Part shown: in pieces, positions 24,001 to 36,060 of the stretch
Position numbering within the stretch: the stretch's first letter is position 1
Layout: the number at the start of each line of letters is the position of its first letter
Assembly (NCBI GenBank): GCA_050084985.1
Contig: JBITNC010000001.1
Location: forward strand, 10,788,001-10,852,000
Source of the DNA: Nageia nagi
Lineage: Eukaryota > Plantae > Pinophyta
Direction: 5' to 3'
DNA: 64,000 nucleotides
Program-made: the position numbers and the translations under genes
Notes under the pieces: model-generated
What the model saw: only the letters and a program-made list of their open reading frames with translations
The model's database searches: none
Told to the model about the DNA's origin: nothing

Positions 24001-27000
24001 AACCATTTTATTCTATTGAAGTTCTCAGGAACTTCTAGAAAATGCTTTTAACTTTCAATATTGTCTAACTCTTAACACATTCCTTAAGACACATTTGTTA
24101 CCTCGTCTTTACAAATAAGTGAGGTCTCCCAAAATGTTTTGTTTTCCCATTTTCCTTGCAATCTCTGTGATTATGAACCCAACTCTCAACTAGAACTATA
24201 ATATTTTAAGTCGCACATATTTTGCTGCCTTCTTTGATGCTAATATTTCAAGTTTATTGTCCATTACTTGAAGATTTGTTTCCTTTCATTATTACTGGAT
24301 GAAATGGTGCTCCTCCATTCTTCATTCATTATTCAGTAAAATATATTGTAGATATATATAATACTCTAGCAGTTGCATTGAGTACCTTTTTACAAATTGT
24401 AGCAATCTAGACAGACATACAGAGCAAAACTCTTCTTTTTGTACTATAGCTTCCTCTTAGGATTTTCTAACCGATGCCAGAGCCTTGGCCACTCTCCCAT
24501 GAGCATCAAACAATGCAGCCCTTTTACAGTGATTGATGATGATAATACTTCTGCTGCCATTTCTTAGCTCCACATTCATTAGATGTAGATCTGGTCTAGA
24601 ATGTCTTATATCTTTCACTAGCTTAGCTTTGTCTCGACGTAGCTTCAGCTTATTGTTTTTGGTTTTGGGACTCGTATGGACCTTCCTATTGCTTTGTATA
24701 GTCATTTATTATCGAGTAACATTGATATAATTTTGTCACACATTACGACATTAATAATATTTCTATTTATATCTGCCCCCTTTCTTTCACCTACCAAATA
24801 AGTGCATGACAGATCACTTTAATTTCTAACATAGGTGTGCTCAATCTTCTTCTTAAAACCAAACCATTGAAAACCAGATACAACTGTAATGGCTTTTCTT
24901 ATTGTCAACTTAACCTGCTTACAAAGAATATCGAGCCTCTACTTGGAACAGTAAATATGAGGTGTTAGGTTTGTTGATGTCTTCAATGCATCTGAATGAT
25001 TTGGTTATAGAAGCTCTTGGATTTTTGGTACGTGTAGATTGAACTTTTATATCCCTTCTTTTTTTCGTTCTCATTGTTTGGGTCTTTCTGTTTTATTTTT
25101 CATACTTCATTGTAATTCATTTGACTATTATGCATAAGTTGCCATTGATTGTTATAACTAGGAATCTATTTGGCACAAGTGTTGTGTCAAATCTGAAGCC
25201 ATCTATTTGATATCAACCAATCTATTTATTGGGGTTAGTGTAAACTGCAAAATTACAGGGAACATTTTGATTCCATTCTTTTGACTTCTACATGTGCACC
25301 ACTTTACTATTTTCCATGATTTGAATTTAATTGCACATCAAGTTGCTCTTCTGTGACACAAAAATGAAATAGTTGATCATTTCTGCAAAAGTGTGCATAG
25401 TAACTAATTGTGTCATGAACTGCAAAACAATAGAAGAACGAGTTATGAGCACTGTTTTGAGTAATAATAATGAAGAGAAATGCAACATCACGAGTAATAG
25501 TTGACCTATTTGAAATTGTCCGTTACCGAATGCTGAACACAATATCCCTGTGGATCTACTTGTGATTTCCAATGTCGCCTACCCTCATTAATAGCGGTTG
25601 CACATTTACACCCTTGTAGTTATTCACTCACCTTCAAGTTGGGTAGAAGTTCTATTGGTAGTAAATTATTTTAGCTGTCATTCACCTACATTTGTAATTA
25701 TCCGCTTACCTCCAAGTTAAGTACACATTTAATATGTAATTAAAGCAATGCATTCATTGTCAATAAATTTAACACAATTATGAATAATAAGAAGATAACC
25801 TTTCTACATGTATATTGGCTATGCTCCAATTGTATATTGCTCTACATTCCAAATTTCCTTTTCCTATTTGCTGTAAATTACATCTTGTTCACAGGATTTC
25901 CTAGGGTCCAGGTCAGTGTTATCACAGCTACCTTTGGTACCAACATTTCTATATAGAAATCCCATTCAACATAGAGAGGTTGTATCATGCATGACATATC
26001 TCTCAGAGAGAGCATGTATTACATCTCTTTATGACAGGTGATAGCATCTGTTCTTACGCAAAGGTTTCTTGCGATTACATCTTTTGTCAAAGATGGCATC
26101 TCAGCTTACATGTAACAGAGACATGACATGACTCATCGTGCACTCATTGTAGCAGGGGTCTTACACATATTTAGCAGCTGCCATTTGTTTTCGCAGTAAG
26201 TCACATTGCATTTCTTGATGAGACCTTTTAAGACAATCTGAGCAACACATGGGTCTTTCATTAATCAGACATTTGCAATAAACTCTTTCAAAAATGATGA
26301 GAGTAATGGATTGCAGCTCAATGGCACTACAAAGGCCTTTTGAGTCTTGACGCAATGGAGACCATTGCTATTTATGGGAGACATAATCCGAGTGGATCAA
26401 TCTACTTTGATTTCTGATATTACTTGCCCTCATTTATTAATAGAAGTTGGAACTGAGCACCTTTGCAATTACTGACATACCCCCAATTTTAGGAGAATTC
26501 AATGTGCCCTAGAATGATCTTGGCAGTCATTTACCTGTCTTAGTTGTTATCCTCTCTGAGTTACATAGACATTCAATATTCAATTAATGATTAAAATTTA
26601 AGGCATTCCTTGCCTATAAATTTAACATGCTCCAATATGTCAATAAGAGGAGATCCCATTCCACATGTACAATGAGGATCAATTCTCCTTTTAGGATCGA
26701 ATGTTGCTATTTTGGTAACTGTTTTCCTTCTGTTTTATCTACTGGATCTCTTGGGAATTGGATCAATTCCCCTATTTGGATCTGAAATTATGATGATCGA
26801 CATGATATGATGATCTTACTCTTATTACAATAACTGTCAATCAACAGTTCCAACACCTTTGGCAGGCTATCTTTCTTGACAATAAACTATAGCTACAGAC
26901 ATACATCTGATTCCTTGGTATTCATGATCGTTACCACGTAGGGTTATCCGTTATACACTGTCCTTTGTGCTTGGTATATGAGATCACTCCCTTCAAAATG

Positions 27001-30000
27001 CTCTATCCTGAAACATTTGATGAAATAAAGATGCAGTTGGTTACAGAGTTCTGCTTGAATTTTTCTGTGCTTGGTTATCCCTCCGTTATAAGATAATATG
27101 TATTGGATTTGATGTTGGATAATTTGTGGTTGTATGACTTCCTCTTTGATTCCATGTATCTCCATTGCTTTGCTAATTTCCATTCCAATTCTTCAAATTG
27201 CAATGCATTTTTGTTTTATTTCTTGTTTGCCTTCTTAATAATTATAATGGCTATTGATAGTATAGAATCTCTTTTTATCACAGTGATAATTCATTTGAAA
27301 ATTGTGACAGCCTTGCTTGAACCTTATCTTCAGTAGAATTGATTCATTATATCCTAGATCTTCATCATTTGGTATTGTATATGTTTCAATAGAAACGTTA
27401 ATAATGCCTTGGTCTTCTTTTACAGGATTTTATCATTTGTAGCCCATATCCTTTGGCAATTTTATTTAAATATTTTAATTCAACGATATCTTCACTAGAA
27501 TTTTTTTTTTAATTAATAGGATTAATTTTTTAATAAAAAAATTGGAGTTTTCGAGGATCTCAAAACCTTTTCATAAAGATGTGAGCTTCATAGTTTCTTG
27601 TACAACCATCATATCTGCTGTTCCTAACATGCTTCATTTTGTTTCTATATTAACATATTGATCATAAAAAGAGATTTCAGACTAGATTGCATATCACCTT
27701 CACATTCAATTTTTTCTAGAAACAGACTTAACCCTATATAGCAACTGGAATTCAAAGTACAGAAACGCTAAAAAACTACCAGATTACATTGATAGACAGA
27801 GGAGAATGAAGCATTCAATAGTCATTAGTATTTCTTTTCCGAGTCTTCACTCCTTGTTCTCCTTTGTAATTCCATAGGTGGCTTCTAGATCTTCCAGGTC
27901 AATTGTTTGTATCTGAGGTTTGTTGCCTTTATTGGATTTTTATCTGTCATCCTACCCCTTGTCCTAGTGAAAATAGCCTGCTCTTTTCCTTGTTTCCCTT
28001 CCTTGCCATGATCTTTCCTTCTAGTTATCTTTTCTCGTTTAGACTTCTTTTGTGGCTTCTTATCCTGTACTGCCATCCCTTTTGGTGTACTCTTCAGATC
28101 CCGATTTGTATACCTCAGCCTTTTAGTCCCCTAGGACTCCTTTAACTTTGTCTCCTCATCTTCAATCTGTTGGGTTTCTATTTGAATTTCATCTAGAATT
28201 GACTGAAATTCATTTTCTGTTATTTGTTTCGGGTTCCATGTTTGTTTTACTTGCCTCATGTGACTTCTGCTGTTCCTTCTTCTTCATACCCATTGTCCTT
28301 ATTGAAACAACTTGTTTCCCATACGCTACCTTATCGTTTGCTTCATTCTCTTTCTGTTCACATTCTTATCCATATTTTCATGGTCCTTTTCAGGGTGTGT
28401 TCGATTGCCCTTTCTGCCCCATGACTGACTAATATCCAATAATGTGTTAGTTGCAGATGAAATACTCAATTTTTTTTTCTTGCTTTCTCTTTTTGCCTTT
28501 GTTTGAAATTTGCAGTGAGTTCTCTTTGCTTTCCTCTGCTTCATTCTCAGCCGCTGGCTCCTTTTGTTCTTGTGGTTCTTCATCTTCCATCATCTTCCTT
28601 TTTCCTTTGTCTTTTGCTGCATTTACTACATCTCCAGTTGTCATCCTACTTCATTTATACCTCTTTTTCCTAGTTTTCTCACCTCCTTTTTCTGCTAACT
28701 TGTCTTTGCCCCTCCTTGCTTCATTCTGTGTCTTCTTCTTTATTGGTTTATCCCTATCCTCTTCCGCTACATTCTCCCCCCTTGACCCTTGTTGTGCTTG
28801 GTCTAACTTGTTTTGCTTGTTGCTAGACTCCCCACAGCCATTTCTTCTCTTCTTTGACTGTTTCTTTTTTGCATGACTCTAGCTAAAGGGGTTTCCTCTT
28901 CTTCATCTCCTATTACCACCTTAGGTTTAGAAGAACTTCTAGACTCAAAAATATTACCCCCCACAATAATTCTAACTCTGGGATGTCATTTTGGCTGATT
29001 TGCCAGGGCTCTATCATAAACTAGTTTGATTACTACCTCATGCAGAGGGGCTCCAGCCAGATTTTGTTTAAATATCCTTACAGATAAAGATATTGAGTTG
29101 AAAACAAAGAAATGGGGAATTAGCTTTATCTGTCTCTGGAAATTTAAAGTGTTTTAGAAGTCCAAAGTGGTATGCCAATAACATTTTTTGTCTTCCAGGG
29201 TTACATACGGCATTAGAGCTCACACAACCTTATCCCAGGGCTTTGGCAGACTTGTCCTCTCGATCCCAGTTTCATACTTTTTCAATATCTGACCTTTACT
29301 TAGTGTTTGTGTTTGCTAGAACTTATTCCTTGCTGCAAGCTTGTTAACTTTCCCTTCTCGCCGAATTTCGATCTCTTCATCCTCTGGTGTTATATATGTT
29401 TCAATAGGGAAGCTTAATATACCTTAAGTCATCTCTTACAGGCTCTTATCATTTGTAGCTCATCTCCTTCAGTGATTTCATTTGAATGCTTGCGTCTCCC
29501 TTTCATTTTCATTGAGACATTGGAATAGAAGTTGAACATTTCTTCTGGGACAAACATACCTGAATTGACTGAGTGATTGTATGCCAAACTTACACATGTT
29601 TAGTATATAGGTGCACGTGTTTAGTTTGCTTATATTATTTGATGTCATGGAAGTCTTTTGTGCTTGTCATATTTAACTTCTGGCATCTATCATACCTGCA
29701 ATCCTCTTTCAGGCTTATGTCAAGAACTTCTTAGACAAAGATGGAAAAATTTGGCAAGGTGGAGCTGGTCGTAATCCACCACCTGATGCTCCTCACCTTG
29801 TTGGTACCACACCTGAGATAGAAAGTCTTCGACCAAAATCTCCACCACAAAAGAATCAACAGCAGCAAACAAATTCTGTATCACAACCTGCTGCAAATTC
29901 TACGAACAAGAAGGCTTCGGCAACATCTCCAGGTCCCCCACAGAATTCTCAGGCATCAACGCTTGCTGCTGGATCAGCCCAGGAAGTTCAAGTTTCCAAT

Positions 30001-30213
30001 CCCTCACTTTCGGCACCTTTATTGCCTGTTCCAGAAATGTCTAGAGGTGGTAGTTCTGCTCCATTAACCGAACAGAGGCCAATCCCTGTGCGCCCAAGCT
30101 CATCAAGAACATCAGGTTTAGGAGCAAGGAGTGGCTTAGATATGGATGGGGGCATCGAGGAGGAAAAGCTTTTAGAAACAGGGACATCAGGTAACATGGA
30201 GTTACAAAAATAA
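1..30213 (+). CDS. MTB: m6A methyltransferase complex subunit MTB (METTL14 homolog, MT-A70 family); 6 coding exons in window, 5' end outside window
   Basis: Spliced translation gives [42 protein letters not shown]...[13 protein letters not shown]...NLKIE|[16 protein letters not shown]...CLKK|[16 protein letters not shown]...FQHSK|[27 protein letters not shown]...EEPPQG|[18 protein letters not shown]...SSSNFNTE|[29 protein letters not shown]. This is the recognisable plant MTB MT-A70 domain. All five introns are GT-AG with consistent phases (0,0,0,1,0). Confidence 0.96.
3..2990 (+). CDS. MTB: MTB first visible exon (open at window edge): charged R/D/E/K-rich region, RGG and Pro/Gly-rich region, start of MT-A70 domain
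   Basis: The frame of ORF 198..3005 stays open back to base 3 ([15 protein letters not shown]...). Donor GAG|gtatac at 2990/2991. Confidence 0.93.
3459..3542 (+). CDS. MTB: MTB exon ([28 protein letters not shown])
   Basis: Acceptor ttttctag|, donor AAG|gtatct; 84 nt, in frame. Confidence 0.93.
4430..5424 (-). mobile_element. 3' part of a chromoviral Ty3/Gypsy: integrase C-terminus, chromodomain, PPT and start of 3' LTR
   Basis: Minus strand reads [13 protein letters not shown]...[25 protein letters not shown]...LPCEDATRD. It is followed by the PPT aagaggggagga and cgtaatgtccc (about 5000, a decayed TGTAATGTCCC LTR start). The left boundary is approximate. Confidence 0.8.
5803..6285. mobile_element. 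Non-autonomous hAT-family DNA transposon (MITE), 483 bp
   Basis: 16-bp perfect TIR CATAGAATAAAAAAAC / GTTTTTTTATTCTATG. Perfect 8-bp TSD GTTGGAAT at 5795-5802 and 6286-6293. Subterminal AAACGG and AATACG motifs. Confidence 0.92.
6989..7220 (+). repeat. Tandem duplication, 2 x ~116 bp, in the LINE endonuclease region
   Basis: attcatgatcttcatgtctcatgccatc...cccctaga occurs twice head-to-tail. Confidence 0.9.
7447..9000 (-). mobile_element. Two head-to-tail antisense 3' fragments of the same LINE family (7447-7932 and ~7933-9000)
   Basis: Both start on the plus strand with (gaaa)n gtatattaatgtcc..tgaYcaaaagc.gtcaatgggacta, the reverse complement of the tail seen at 19380-19432. The longer copy encodes [24 protein letters not shown], a C-terminal zinc-finger-like motif, at about 8540-8615. 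Confidence 0.8.
9499..12098 (+). mobile_element. Non-autonomous chromovirus-derived LTR element (2.6 kb) carrying a captured host gene fragment
   Basis: TGTAAT...ATTACA termini; 5-bp TSD CACAA (9494-9498 and 12099-12103). Partial 5' LTR 9499-~9948; full 3' LTR 11193-12098 preceded by the PPT gggagggaagga. Chromodomain tail [17 protein letters not shown] at 11092-11142. No gag, RT or integrase. Confidence 0.9.
10289..10876 (+). pseudogene. CRBN: Intron-free pseudogene fragment of plant cereblon (CRBN-like, LON-domain protein)
   Basis: Across two frameshifts and one TAA it reads ...[83 protein letters not shown]. This resembles the plant CRBN helical region (WPxWVYRMYDSYxLAxRAADMW..KPDxLSFHIASKIPVSESxRQELLE) and is preceded by an acidic/Ser-rich linker. 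Confidence 0.82.
12104..12611 (+). repeat. ~300-bp tandem duplication of LINE RT; copy 1 = 9407-9498 + 12104-12305, copy 2 = 12313-12611
   Basis: tttgctaaac...gattgtgttggata...gggcacaa...catatcttcacacttc...aggaaggccttt...tttcgccatcat occurs twice. Confidence 0.88.
13680..17000 (+). mobile_element. 5'-truncated Ty1/Copia (integrase C-terminus, RT, RNase H, 3' UTR, PPT, 3' LTR from 16490)
   Basis: Motifs [71 protein letters not shown] and [27 protein letters not shown] aagggggag followed by TGTTAG at 16490. The LTR right end is approximate. Confidence 0.9.
15841..16008 (+). repeat. ~46-bp tandem repeat (about 3.5 copies) in the Copia 3' UTR
   Basis: Repeated tccatgtgtgaggaactagtatgtgcatgttggcaYtgtttagtta. 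Confidence 0.85.
18119..19102 (+). mobile_element. Solo LTR of the TGTAATGTCC chromovirus family
   Basis: Starts TGTAATGTCCC and ends TTACA. Shares the TATA...tcatttgc...cttggatYatt...agattattg block with the LTRs at 9499 and 11193. The TSD is not clean (tcttt vs atttt). Confidence 0.65.
19433..22285 (-). mobile_element. Chromoviral Ty3/Gypsy pol relic (protease end, RT, RNase H, integrase); 5'-truncated; continues at 5424
   Basis: Motifs [76 protein letters not shown] and [22 protein letters not shown], with many stops and frameshifts. Confidence 0.9.
22810..22914 (+). CDS. MTB: MTB exon ([35 protein letters not shown])
   Basis: Acceptor gtgttag|, donor AAA|gtaagt; 105 nt. Confidence 0.94.
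23073..23181 (+). CDS. MTB: MTB exon ([37 protein letters not shown])
   Basis: Acceptor tttacag|, donor G|gttagt; 109 nt, ends in phase 1. Confidence 0.94.
23630..23781 (+). CDS. MTB: MTB exon ([50 protein letters not shown])
   Basis: Acceptor ctttag|, donor GAG|gtatgc; 152 nt; overlaps ORF 23605..23790. Confidence 0.94.
27880..29430 (-). mobile_element. Fragment of a retrotransposon accessory ORF in MTB intron 5
   Basis: Minus strand reads [25 protein letters not shown]/..[15 protein letters not shown], followed by a K/E-rich low-complexity tract ([13 protein letters not shown]). This resembles extra ORFs of gymnosperm Gypsy elements. No LTR found. Confidence 0.55.
29713..30213 (+). CDS. 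MTB: MTB last coding exon ([17 protein letters not shown]...GNMELQK*)
   Basis: Acceptor ctttcag|; open to TAA at 30211-30213 in the same frame as ORF 30022..30213. Confidence 0.92.
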   Translation, partial: AYVKNFLDKDGKIWQGGAGRNPPPDAPHLVGTTPEIESLRPKSPPQKNQQQQTNSVSQPAANSTNKKASATSPGPPQNSQASTLAAGSAQEVQVSNPSLSAPLLPVPEMSRGGSSAPLTEQRPIPVRPSSSRTSGLGARSGLDMDGGIEEEKLLETGTSGNMELQK

Positions 30214-30848
30214 AATTCTTCAAAGTTGCACAGATATTTTAGGCGAAGGTCGCATTAGCCTCCACATATTGTGCTTATAGCCATACCATATGAATTTGTT
30301 GAAAATTCCAACCTCTGATGGAAACCATGCCACTGTCACGAAAGGAGACAAGTGTGTGAGGTTAGGCTGACAAAGTTCCATTACTTTTTGATGCATTTAT
30401 TTAATCAGTTGATTGGGCAGGGGATTTGAATTTCATTGGTGGTCCATTGTCCGCATATGCCCTGCTGTTGAGTGGCTGACAGTCTGTTTCAGTCGTAATT
30501 GTAATTTGAATTTCAATTCAGTACAATATATTCAAAAATTTCCCAACGTAAGTTGAGTTTTCAAATGAGTGTATCGTCATATATTCTTTTTTGTATTCAC
30601 TTCCTGTATGTAAATATGAAATTAATTGGCAAACTTTGGTCGTGAAGAGGACAGTTCTTTGCATTTACTCCCCACATATAACTCTGTCCATTAACACATG
30701 CAAACACTGGACACTTCGTAAAGTCTGTCAAAGTACTCAGTTGTTCTCAGTACTTTGTACTCGGAATCTTAACAGACTTTAGGTCTGTTAAACCAATACA
30801 TTGCAAGCAGCGTTTGTAAAGTTTTTGTCGATATACTTGATTATTCTT

Positions 30849-30948
30849 AGTATTTTGTACACAATCTTGCAAACCAAAGTTCTGCTGATCAATCTTACTG
30901 AGTACTTTGTACACAATCTTACGGACCAAAGTTCTGCTGATCAATCTT
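30849..30948 (+). repeat. Tandem duplication, 2 x ~52 bp
   Basis: agtaYtttgtacacaatctt....accaaagttctgctgatcaatctt occurs twice. Confidence 0.85.
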
Positions 30949-31749
30949 TCCAACATCTGAGTTCCTAGCTTGATTTGTTTTATTATTTTTGAATGAATGA
31001 AGTTTGTTAACCTCGTTTAAACCCAATGGTTTTTAGTACTTCTCAAAATTTGTTCAAATATTTAACTGATTGTTTTTAACCAAATTAAGATTCTTAATAA
31101 TATTGCCAAGCTTGTTTTATAGTATGTTGTTGACATTTTAGAAAAAAAAAGTATATTATAAACAGACACAGGAAGAAAAAATATGCATGTGAAGCAAATT
31201 GAAAATTATTGTTCAACTTTTTTTTTTATTTGTGCATATTTTTGTGATTGTATTATTTGAAAATTGATTAAGTAGCAAAATTGCGTTACACAATAAAGGT
31301 ATTTAATGTAAATATGTGTAAACTAAAAAATTAAGAAGAGGTATATTTTTTTTGGTGTTTGCTTAAGTTGACTTTGATTTTTCTCTAAATCATTTGATCT
31401 AAATTTATAATTTGCAACAAAAGTGATTATATGTAAGAGCCACTTTGAATTGGTGGGTGTAGGGTTTTTTTTTTAAACATTTTGGGTTTTATGTTTAGAT
31501 AAATGAAAATTACAAAAATGAGAATACATTAATAAATGTGTCAACCTGTTAAACCTGATTTGGTGGGGAAGAAAAAAATTAGAAATGTTTTAATACAGAT
31601 TGTTGTGGATATTCTTTAGCGATGCATTACAGGTTCTGTAGTTGATCCAGAAATATTGCTATGATTTGTAAAATATTGTAGTGGCTGTTTGAGAATCATT
31701 GTTATGATCTTTATGATTGACAAATAAGAAAATATGGAAATGTGTTGTG

Positions 31750-33450
31750 TTGAATGCTTGATGGTAGCTAAAGGTGTATGTGAAGTTTTTCAAAAGATAA
31801 GATGTAAAGAGTGGAGAAAAATATTTATTCAATTGCATGAGCTATTGGTAATTCCTCTTTATAATTTGTTCCCAAATGGGATGCTTATTAGAGGCTGCTC
31901 ATGTAAAACAAATTTAAATTATGAATTCTCTCTCCAAAAGAGTTTAGCATTACTTAAACTATTAGAGATTCTATTATTGGAATTAATAATGTTATATTGG
32001 AATAAGAAATGAGGGATCCATTTAATAATGCATTAACTAACCATGCTTTAGGTGAGGCCACCTGTGTGAGTGCAGACAACCTTGTAGACTTGACATAAAC
32101 CTTAAGGTTGTTGTGTTGGTTGATAAGGTGTTGCATTGAGAGCCTTCAAATCTAACATAAAATATTATGGAAGGTCGTTAGATTCGATCAAGGACACAAA
32201 TGGTCATGGGTGTTAGACCTGAGTAGGAAGTCGACTTCAAGCTTGTTGAATTGGATGCATGTGGAGAGGCTACATGATGAAGATGAAAAGAGGATTTGGT
32301 TTATTGAAAGGATTTGATAGAGAAAAAAGGAGAATGTTGAGGGAAGAAAACTCGAAGTTGAAAAGGTTTTATGGAGTTCGGATTGGGGACATGGAAGAGG
32401 TCTCATCCTTCACACAACATGTTGGGGGCATGTTGGAGGGTGTTTCTGTAGGATGTAATGCCTAAATGTTGTTATCTTCATGCGTTTTTGATAGCAACAT
32501 TGAGATTTGATGATGGGTTATGATATTTCTTCTTTTGGAGGGAAATGGGTTTTGTATTTTCGGAGAGAAGAATGAAGGGTGTCATTAATTTTGATACCCT
32601 AAAAGATAAAAACCTTGGGAGGACTTACTAGCAATCCTAGGAGGAAATGAGAACCTAGAGAACAATTTGTGTCTCATTATCCATTTGGACTCAATGGTGG
32701 AGATCTACAAAACTCATGATCGATATGTAGTGGCGAACTCATCTAAACTCAACATGAAATGTTGGAGGGGCATGCATGTGGAATGTTGGACAAATAAAGT
32801 TGTGTTATTTACCATGTGAATGGACCCTAGTTTAATGAGATCACAATATGAGGTTGACATAGAGGTTATGAGGAACTTCGATAGAAAATTCTTTTGACAA
32901 GATGGAAACCCTTATGAGGATGGTGATAACAACTAACTTAATGATGAGCCGTGGAGTTGGAAGGTTTTGAAGCATAGAAGACTCATCCAAAACCACATGG
33001 GGTGTTAGAGGGCACACTTCCGAGGTGCTGGGTTTAACAATGTTTTCTTCCTTCATGAAGGAATCAATAGGTAATGAGGTCTTATTATTCATGGGTTGCA
33101 AGTGGGTGGTTGTGGAGAAGAACTAACACTTGGATCGGAAGGGTAGTAATAGTAACTTCACAACCTTAGTGTCACTTAGGATTTTAGAAAGGGAAAAATT
33201 TGATCCCCTATTTTGAAGGGGAAGAGAGAAACACCCCCATTTCATTTGTGAAGATGCTAACTAAAAAACCCTCCACTCAGGTAGAGAAGCCACTACGGTT
33301 GGAGGTGTGGATAGGAAAATGGTTTTAAACCTTGTTTCTTGCCTTGTTGTAAAAGTGTGATGGTTCCTTGAAGATCCATCTCCAGTGGTCATATTCCTCT
33401 TTGGGGATTTGAATTTTGTCTTTGGAGATAAGATGGTCATTTAAGAGTTC
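31750..33450 (-). mobile_element. Highly degraded L1-like LINE relic (possible ORF1 region)
   Basis: Only weak DUF4283-like traces (HGLII, FFLRK..FPSKEE). Boundaries uncertain. Confidence 0.3.
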
Positions 33451-36060
33451 TTTGAATTCCAAATGTTTTGTCTCATTTATGAGTTATGCTGTGTTGAAAA
33501 TCTATATGGTATATCATGGCAAAAGGTTCTTGGCCCCTTTCAAAACCCACTATTTCACTCAAATTAAAAAAATGAGGGATTATTTGTAAACTCAGATATC
33601 TAAAATATATTAAAAATAATATTTCAGTTGTTTATATTTTGTCTCTCTTGAAATATGAACAAGATCAAAGTAGAATGCTTGTTTTTGTTTCAAGGAAGTA
33701 AGAAAGAATACAAATCTCTATTCAAGAAGTTCTTAAAAATATTGAGAGAACATATTGTAAAATGTGACATGAATTTTTAAATGATATTTAATGATAGTTG
33801 GGATGACGCAAACACATATTTGCCTCTAACTTATAATCCTAAAAATAAAATATTTTTGATGACTATATGATGTGATGATGATTGAAGTGTTGTGTCATAT
33901 TTTGTCACACACCATAGTTTCAAGACTAGTGTCATGCTTGAGGTTAACAATTTGAAGTGACGTCAACTGTGACCCATTGGTTTAAGCTATTAGGTTGATT
34001 TAGGCCTTCAACTAAGGACATCCCCTTGAGTGATTATTTACATATTATGCTATATGATCAATTATGCATCCTTTTGATGTGAAGAATTGACTATTTCTAT
34101 GCAATAATTTAAATTAACACATGATATTTATTAAGAAAAATTAATAAACTATTGCATAATTCGTTAGGCATATGGTAGCGCTTTTAATACTTAGATCCAA
34201 AATGAAAATGAGAAATATTTTTTGAAAGTCCTTATAAAGTGATAAGAAGGTGTAAGTGAAGAAATCGAACTCATTCTACTTCTTTGACAATAAGAAAATA
34301 ATTGATAAAAAACATTCACATTGTCTATGAGCAATAGCCACAAGAAAGATATCTTTCATTATATTAATGAGATCCCAAAATTACGAAACACCTCCATAGA
34401 ATATGATTTTTTTGTTGACATTTATTTTAAAATGCAAAACATGTCTCCATATAACGAGAGGCCATCTAGTATTGTTAAATTGATTATAGCTTTTTCTCTA
34501 TTACATATTGTAACTCAATAGAATTTGAGCCCAAGAAGCTTTTTTTCACAAAACTATATGAACAAAGATGAAAAAATGGAGAGAAGGGAATACAAAATAA
34601 GGGAAAACACGACCCAAAGTATATTACCTTAGTACTTGAGTGAGATTGAAATGTAGAAAATGTTTTCTCAAATCCTTGTATACTTCAAGTGGTTATCGTT
34701 AGAGAACCATGTTCGGAAGTAGATTCTTGTAGTTGTGCATGTTATAACGTGCCTTTACTCTCCTTATCGATCATGAGTTATAGATCTGTAAGAACATCAT
34801 GTATCGTGTCTATCTTTTTGTTATGGCATCATTTACCAGTTGTATGCACCCTTGATGTTGTTTTCACAAGCACCCTCCAAACCCCTCAAGCTCCTTCAGC
34901 TTGACACGACTCTCCATGTAGTGTCCAGTTGGTGCATGTTTTGGAAACAATGAAAAGGATATGATGTGAACTTTAATTTATTGATGTGGGACCTACTATG
35001 CTAATATGGACGCTTGCTAACATGGTCTACAACCTCCAAGTCACCCACATCGACTGATTGGACCAATGACTAGTTTGATGACTTTTAAATTTCTAATTTA
35101 TTTTGGCAATTTTACATATTGATGGTCTTTTGGCCATAATTAGAGCATTGAAGGTCAAATTTCGATTATGTTAGCATTTGTAGGTTCTTCATTCCATGTC
35201 GGTTGTTTTGAATTGTTGCACGACACACTTTGTCCTTATTGTTTTCTTGAAATCTCAGTTTTAAGTTTTGTAATTTACAAATTTAATTAAATTAATTGGT
35301 TTTTAATTAAATTATTTTTTCTATAGTTGAGGCCTACAAATTTAATTTTTGCCCTCAATTGATTTAATTCCATAACTTGGACATACAGACTCCATTTTTG
35401 GTGTCATTATTTCTAACACGGAGAAGACTTTGAGATCTTTTTAGTGGAGTTGGTTGTATGCCTATTTCATGAAGGCATGTTCAGTGGGGGGCATTTTTTG
35501 GGGAGGTTTTTCTCATTTTGTACCTTATTATTATCTCATTGTGTTTGCATAGGTGGAGATGACACCGTTGTGCTTGTGAAGTCCCTTTTGACATGGACTA
35601 TCCTTGTGATCATGGTACTTATTTTCCATCTTGTCTTCTCACTCTCTATTGTGAGAAACTTTGGTTTTAGGGGGTTTTTACTATGGTGACTTTTTCATAG
35701 TTCGATGGCTACATTGGTGTCTTCGTAGGTCACCTTGTTAGATCTCTCATGGGATTTTTCTGTGCTTCCCATCACTCCTTACACAAATTTGGATTCTTAT
35801 ACTTCTTAGCATGATAACCTCATTAAGCACTTGAGCTCGATTGAACTCTTGCCATATTTACTTGGTCATATTCATGAGCCTTACCATTACATACTTGATT
35901 GGCATTTTTGTTGCTCTCAACCGAGTTATGAGGTTGATATTTTTGCACCCATTGTAGACACTTTGTTGTAGGATCCTGATACATCTTCAACGACTTTGGA
36001 GTCCCTACATCTGAATCATTCTCATTCATCAATATATTTCAAGAATATTTTGGATGGGCT

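Noticed and set aside
24457-26950. Coding-like patches in intron 5 (ORF 24457..24705; a GEFN-like endonuclease motif near 26490)
   Set aside because: Isolated motifs with no supporting domain context or splice structure.
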